Below, piece after piece: positions 59,576 to 64,000 of a DNA stretch of 64,000 nucleotides. Below the pieces are notes generated by a model. That model had not been told where the DNA came from, did not search any database, and was given only the letters and a program-made list of their open reading frames with translations. A program made the translations under genes and the position numbers. Each line of letters opens with the position of its first letter. Position 1 is the stretch's first letter. Origin of the DNA: Candidatus Poriferihabitaceae bacterium (lineage in GTDB: Bacteria > Pseudomonadota > Gammaproteobacteria > Arenicellales > Poriferihabitantaceae); NCBI GenBank assembly GCA_965243285.1, contig OZ251537.1, forward strand, positions 2,713,484 through 2,777,483, written 5' to 3'.

Positions 59576-60106
59576 TTCCCTAATTTTCAGCCCGCACAGC
59601 GGTGATTTTTATGTCTACGGATTGGCCTACGGCGCGAATTTCGGCTTTGATTTCGCGTTGCTCGCTTTCTAGGTGCTCGAAGCGCCATTCGATGGCGGGT
59701 ACCCATGGCCATTTTTGGGTGGCTGTTTATCCGCATCAAGGGCGCGTTTTTTCGCGGCCGGCGGGCGTTTTTGGACGGCCTCGGGTGGTTTTTTGGCGGT
59801 TTGCGGCATGGGGTGATGGGCCGATGGGGTGATGGTGATAAATGGCGGGCGGATATAAATGGCGGCTAAGTCGGGCAAACATAGCAGATTGGCGGCGGCG
59901 GGTGGCGTGGTTTTCGGGCGGCGTGGGTTTATGGGGCGCATCGAGCGGACGGCTAAAAAAATGTGGATAATGTGCTTTTGGCGGCTGTCGGGGCCGGCGT
60001 GGTCGGCTAAAATCGTCGCGAATGTGTTTTTACCTAGTGCACCGATTTCACCCAATTCACCCAATTCACCCATTCCATTCATCAATCTTATAGCGAGGCA
60101 TAATCT

Positions 60107-61300
60107 ATGCGTATCAAAACACCATCTATGGCGGCGGGTATTGTGGCGGTTTTCATGGCTTGGTCGGTGGCAGGCAATGCCGCCAGCGTGAAAATCGGGT
60201 TTGTTACCACGCTGACCACGCCGGCCGGGGTTATCGGCGAGGAAATGAAACGCGGCGTCGAGATGGCGGTGCAACATTTAGGCGGCAAGATGGCCGGGCG
60301 GGATATCGAGATTTTGTTCGAGGACGATGGTTTCAAGCCGGAAATCGGCAAGCAGAAAACCGACAAACTGGTGAAGCGCGATAAGGTGGATTTTATCGCC
60401 GGTTATATTTGGTCGCATGTGTTGTTGGCGTCGCGTAAATCGGTGTTCGATGCCGGCAAGTTTTTGATCAGCGCCAACGCCGGGCCGGCGCAGATGGCGG
60501 GCAAGCAATGCCACCGAAATTTCTTTTCCACCTCATGGCAAAACGACCAAACGCCCATGGCCATGGGCGAGGTGTTGAATAATTTGGGCGTGAAATCGCT
60601 GTATGTGATGGCGCCGAATTACACCGCCGGCAAAAACATGGCGGCCGGCGTCGAGCGCACTTTCGATGGCCAAGTGGTGGGCAAAGATTTAACCAAATGG
60701 GGCAAGGATAGGCAGCTAGACTTCTCCGCCGAGCTCGCCAAAGCGCGCGCCTCGGGCGCCGATGGGTTGTTCATTTTTTATCCCGGCAGCGCCGGCGGCG
60801 CCTTTATCAAGCAATACACCCAAGCCGGGCTGCGCGAGGTTTTGCCGCTGTATACCGTGTTCACGGTGGATTCGATTTCCCTGCCGAAACTGCAAACGGC
60901 CGGCATCGATGGCGTGCTCGGCTCTAAAAGCACGATGTTTTGGGGGCCGGATCTCGACAACGCCGTCAACCGAAAATTCGTGGCTGATTTTCGCGCCCAA
61001 CACGGTCGTTATCCGTCTTTTTATGCGGCGCAATCGTACGACAACATCATGCTCATCAACAGCGCGGTGCAAGCCACCGGCGGCAATTTAGATGATCAAG
61101 ATGCCTTGCGCGCGGCCTTTGAAAAAGCCGATTTCGATTCGGTGCGCGGCGCCTTTAGTTTTGGCAACAACCACATGCCCATCCAAAATTTCTACCTGCG
61201 CGAGGTAGTGGCGGATGCGGACGGCAAGTGGACCACGCGCATAGTCGATACCGTGTATGAAAACCATCAAGACCCGTATGCCGGGTTATGTAATTTGTGA
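60107..61300 (+). CDS. Branched-chain amino acid-type ABC transporter substrate-binding protein (LivK/LivJ family)
   Basis: Signal peptide, IGFVTTLTTPAG, and family-like length. It is followed by LivH/M/G-type genes. Confidence 0.85.
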   Translation: MRIKTPSMAAGIVAVFMAWSVAGNAASVKIGFVTTLTTPAGVIGEEMKRGVEMAVQHLGGKMAGRDIEILFEDDGFKPEIGKQKTDKLVKRDKVDFIAGYIWSHVLLASRKSVFDAGKFLISANAGPAQMAGKQCHRNFFSTSWQNDQTPMAMGEVLNNLGVKSLYVMAPNYTAGKNMAAGVERTFDGQVVGKDLTKWGKDRQLDFSAELAKARASGADGLFIFYPGSAGGAFIKQYTQAGLREVLPLYTVFTVDSISLPKLQTAGIDGVLGSKSTMFWGPDLDNAVNRKFVADFRAQHGRYPSFYAAQSYDNIMLINSAVQATGGNLDDQDALRAAFEKADFDSVRGAFSFGNNHMPIQNFYLREVVADADGKWTTRIVDTVYENHQDPYAGLCNL

Positions 61301-61414
61301 GGTGGATGGTTTTATTTCGCTAGTCGTAATTTGCTAGCCGTAATTTGCGCGCCATCGCGCCGGCGACGGTCGGTGGCGCGCATCATTCGCCGCGCTTAAT
61401 CGAGATTAAAACCC

Positions 61415-62359
61415 ATGGATTGGCACTTGCTTGTATCCCAACTGCTGAACGGGCTGCAACTCGGCTTGTTGCTATTTTTGTTAGCGGCCGGGTTGTCGTT
61501 GATCTTCGGCATTATGGATTTCATCAACTTGGCGCACGGCTCTTTTTATATGTTGGGGGCATTTGTCGGTGTCACGGTGGTGGATGTCACTGGCTCTTTT
61601 TGGCTGGCGGCGGCGGCGGCGGCGGTGGCGGTTTTTATCATCGGCGGCGTGGTGGAGTGGGCGTTGGCGCGCAAGTTGTACGCCAAAAATCACTTAGACC
61701 AGGTGTTAGTCACCTTCGGTTTGATTCTCATTTTCGATACCCTCGCCCACTTGGTATGGGGCCCCCAAGGCGCCGCCATTCCCTTACCGAGCAGTTTAAA
61801 TGGCCGCATGGAAATCGGTGGTTTTGTCATGCCCACTTATCGCTTGTTGATCATCGTTTGCGGCTTATCTGTGGCGCTGGGGTTGTATGTTTTGGTCACG
61901 CGTTCGCGCCTCGGTATGTTGATAAGAGCCGGCGCTTCGAACCGCGCCATGATCGCCGCTTTGGGGGTGAATATCGACCGCCTGTATCTCATCGTGTTCG
62001 CCATCGGCGCCGCCCTGGCGGGGTTCGCCGGGGTGTTGATAGCGCCGCTCACCGAGGCTAGCATCGGCATGGGTAACGAGATCATCATCACCGCCTTTGT
62101 GGTGGTGATAGTGGGCGGCATCGGCTCGATAAAAGGCGCGTTTTATGCCGCCATTCTCATCGGTTTTATCGACACTTTGGGGCGTTCCTACCTGGATGAT
62201 TTGCTGAAGGTGTTGCTCTCCACCGAAGCCGCCGAAAACGCCGCCCCGGCCTTGTCGGCGATGTTGGTATACCTGCTGATGGCGGTGGTATTGGCGGTAA
62301 AACCGCAAGGTTTATTCCCGCCGAGCGGCTTTAATCAGGTGCTTAAGTCGGCTAAATAA
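61415..62359 (+). CDS. ABC transporter permease, LivH family
   Basis: QLLNGLQLGLLLFLLAAGLSLIFG N-terminus; polytopic. Confidence 0.9.
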   Translation: MDWHLLVSQLLNGLQLGLLLFLLAAGLSLIFGIMDFINLAHGSFYMLGAFVGVTVVDVTGSFWLAAAAAAVAVFIIGGVVEWALARKLYAKNHLDQVLVTFGLILIFDTLAHLVWGPQGAAIPLPSSLNGRMEIGGFVMPTYRLLIIVCGLSVALGLYVLVTRSRLGMLIRAGASNRAMIAALGVNIDRLYLIVFAIGAALAGFAGVLIAPLTEASIGMGNEIIITAFVVVIVGGIGSIKGAFYAAILIGFIDTLGRSYLDDLLKVLLSTEAAENAAPALSAMLVYLLMAVVLAVKPQGLFPPSGFNQVLKSAK

Positions 62360-62495
62360 CGCCCTCGTTTTTGGTTTTGATTACGCGTTAAATCGCGCAT
62401 CGAATCGCTTATTTAATCGCGTGTAAATCGATAGCGCTAATGATCAATTCAAATATCAACATTTAATTCACCACCCCATCATTAATTCGCCGCCC

Positions 62496-63464
62496 ATGAC
62501 TATTTTGCGCCAACCCAGCGCCTGGGTTTACATGCTCATCGTCATGTTATTGCTGGCGGCGCCGGTGCTGTTGTCGTACGCTGCGCATGATTTTTATCTC
62601 GGTTTGCTAACGCGCGCACTCATCCTCGCCATCGCCGCCGCCAGCCTCAATTTACTGGTCGGCTATGGCGGCATGGTCAGCCTCGGCCATGCGGCGTATA
62701 TCGGCATCGGCGCGTATAGCGTCGGCATTCCGGCCTATTATGAAGTGCATAACGGCTTCATTCATTTGGCGCTGGCGGTGGGCTGCAGCGCGGTTTTCGC
62801 GGCGCTCACCGGCGCCATTTGCCTGCGCACCAAGGGCTTGTATTTTATTTTGATTACCTTGGCATTTTCGCAAATGCTGTATTTCATTCTGGTTAGCATA
62901 GATGAATACGGCGCCGATGACGGCTTGCTTATCGAGCAACGCAGCGCCTTCGGCGACGCGATAAATCTCGATAACGACGCCACCATGTATTACGCCGTAT
63001 TGGCCACATTATTATTGTTTTTATTTTTGATGGGGCGCTTGATTCGCGCCCGTTTCGGGCAAGCGTTGTTAGGCGCCAAGCACAACGAACAACGCATGCA
63101 AGCGCTCGGCTTCAACACCTATCAACATAAACTCATCTGCTATATTTTGGCTGGCGCCATGGGTGGCGTGGCCGGTTTTTTCATGGGCAATTTCACCTAC
63201 TACATCAGCCCGGAAATGATGGATTGGACCTATTCCGCCGAATTATTATTTATGGTCATCATCGGCGGCGCCGGCGCCTTGCTCGGGCCCGTGCTCGGCG
63301 CTATCACCTTCAACACCCTCATGGAATGGCTGTCCGAAATCACCGTGTATTGGCACTTGATTTTCGGCGCCATGCTCATCGCGCTGGTGTTGTTTGTCGG
63401 CCAAGATGGGTTGCATGGATGGCTAGCGCGCCTCGACCGCCGGCGCAGCAAGCGCGCACCGTAA
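62496..63464 (+). CDS. ABC transporter permease, LivM family
   Basis: LNLLVGYGGMVSLGHAAYIGIGAY motif; polytopic. Confidence 0.9.
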   Translation: MTILRQPSAWVYMLIVMLLLAAPVLLSYAAHDFYLGLLTRALILAIAAASLNLLVGYGGMVSLGHAAYIGIGAYSVGIPAYYEVHNGFIHLALAVGCSAVFAALTGAICLRTKGLYFILITLAFSQMLYFILVSIDEYGADDGLLIEQRSAFGDAINLDNDATMYYAVLATLLLFLFLMGRLIRARFGQALLGAKHNEQRMQALGFNTYQHKLICYILAGAMGGVAGFFMGNFTYYISPEMMDWTYSAELLFMVIIGGAGALLGPVLGAITFNTLMEWLSEITVYWHLIFGAMLIALVLFVGQDGLHGWLARLDRRRSKRAP

Positions 63465-63498
63465 ACCCCGCCGTCGGGCGGCCCCGAGACCTTATGTG

Positions 63499-64000
63499 AT
63501 GATTCTCGAAGTACACAACCTGCGCCGGCAATTCGGCGGCATCTGCGCTGTGGACGATGTCAGTTTCAGCGTGGCGGCGAATCAAACCCACGCCGTTATC
63601 GGCCCCAACGGCGCCGGCAAAACCACCCTGCTGGCGCAATTATCCGGCGCGCAACGGCCGGATGGCGGGCGCATTCGCTGGCATGGCGCCGACATCACCC
63701 ACCTGCCCGGCCACCAGCGGGCGCGCCTCGGGCTGGCGCGTTCCTTCCAAATCAGCAGCGTGATTTTGCCGATGACGCTGCTGGAAAATGTCATGTTAGC
63801 GGCCCTCGGCGGCGCTCGCGTGTTCAAGTTTTGGTCGCCCTTAGCCGCCGATGCCGATTTACGCGCTCGCGCCATGCGCATTCTGGAGCGCACCGGCTTA
63901 GCCGAGCACGCTGATTTACCGGCCGCCGCCGCCGCCCACGGCCAGCAACGCCAACTCGAATTCGCCATGGCATTAGCGCCGCGTCCGCAATTATTGATGT
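63499..64000 (+). CDS. ABC transporter ATP-binding protein, LivG family (3' end beyond the window)
   Basis: My own translation from the ATG at 63499: MILEVHNLRRQFGG...VIGPNGAGKTTLL. Not in the ORF track because it runs off the window. Confidence 0.85.
   Translation, partial: MILEVHNLRRQFGGICAVDDVSFSVAANQTHAVIGPNGAGKTTLLAQLSGAQRPDGGRIRWHGADITHLPGHQRARLGLARSFQISSVILPMTLLENVMLAALGGARVFKFWSPLAADADLRARAMRILERTGLAEHADLPAAAAAHGQQRQLEFAMALAPRPQLLM

Noticed and set aside
59669-60277. 202-aa ORF on the - strand
   Set aside because: It overlaps the start of the substrate-binding protein gene in antisense. It is Pro/Arg/His-rich and has no domain. Only the short stretch near 59669-59700 borders the decayed coiled-coil gene.
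61345-62061. 238-aa ORF overlapping the LivH-type permease in another frame
   Set aside because: It is out of frame with a clearly recognisable permease, and its Gly/Arg-rich composition is junk-like.

Overview
High-GC chromosomal window, probably from a gammaproteobacterium. The order yqgE-ruvX-pyrR-pyrB-pyrC' matches the Pseudomonas-type arrangement as I remember it. The backbone is housekeeping: suhB, mutS, the pgk-gap-tkt block, the pyr operon, a DegP-like protease, thyA-folA, cmoAB, a methylmalonyl/propionyl-CoA block (epimerase, meaB, biotin carboxylase subunit), two non-Pyl MttB-family methyltransferases around a dimethylglycine-dehydrogenase-like gene, prmC-prfA-hemA, a porin and a Liv-type ABC transporter. 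Several visibly AT-richer islands interrupt this backbone. (1) A DNA methyltransferase pseudogene split by a MITE. (2) An intact orphan methyltransferase plus an MmeI-like fragment wedged between pyrB and pyrC'. (3) IS1182-like remnants bracketing a DUF924 gene. (4) An HTH-WYL regulator followed by PD-(D/E)XK nuclease paralogues, next to a DUF2779 nuclease; this is my best candidate for an undescribed, partly decayed defence locus. (5) A secreted M48-like protease with MORN repeats plus a DUF3800 gene, each preceded by a conserved 88-nt hairpin element. (6) Frameshifted EcoRI-family methylase and HNH remnants. (7) A class-3 lipase island bounded by a duplicated prmC 3' end. The window is also rich in 12-16 bp tandem repeats, found in-frame inside housekeeping genes and directly abutting start codons. 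All calls come from reading the ORF translations and the DNA by eye; no searches were run.
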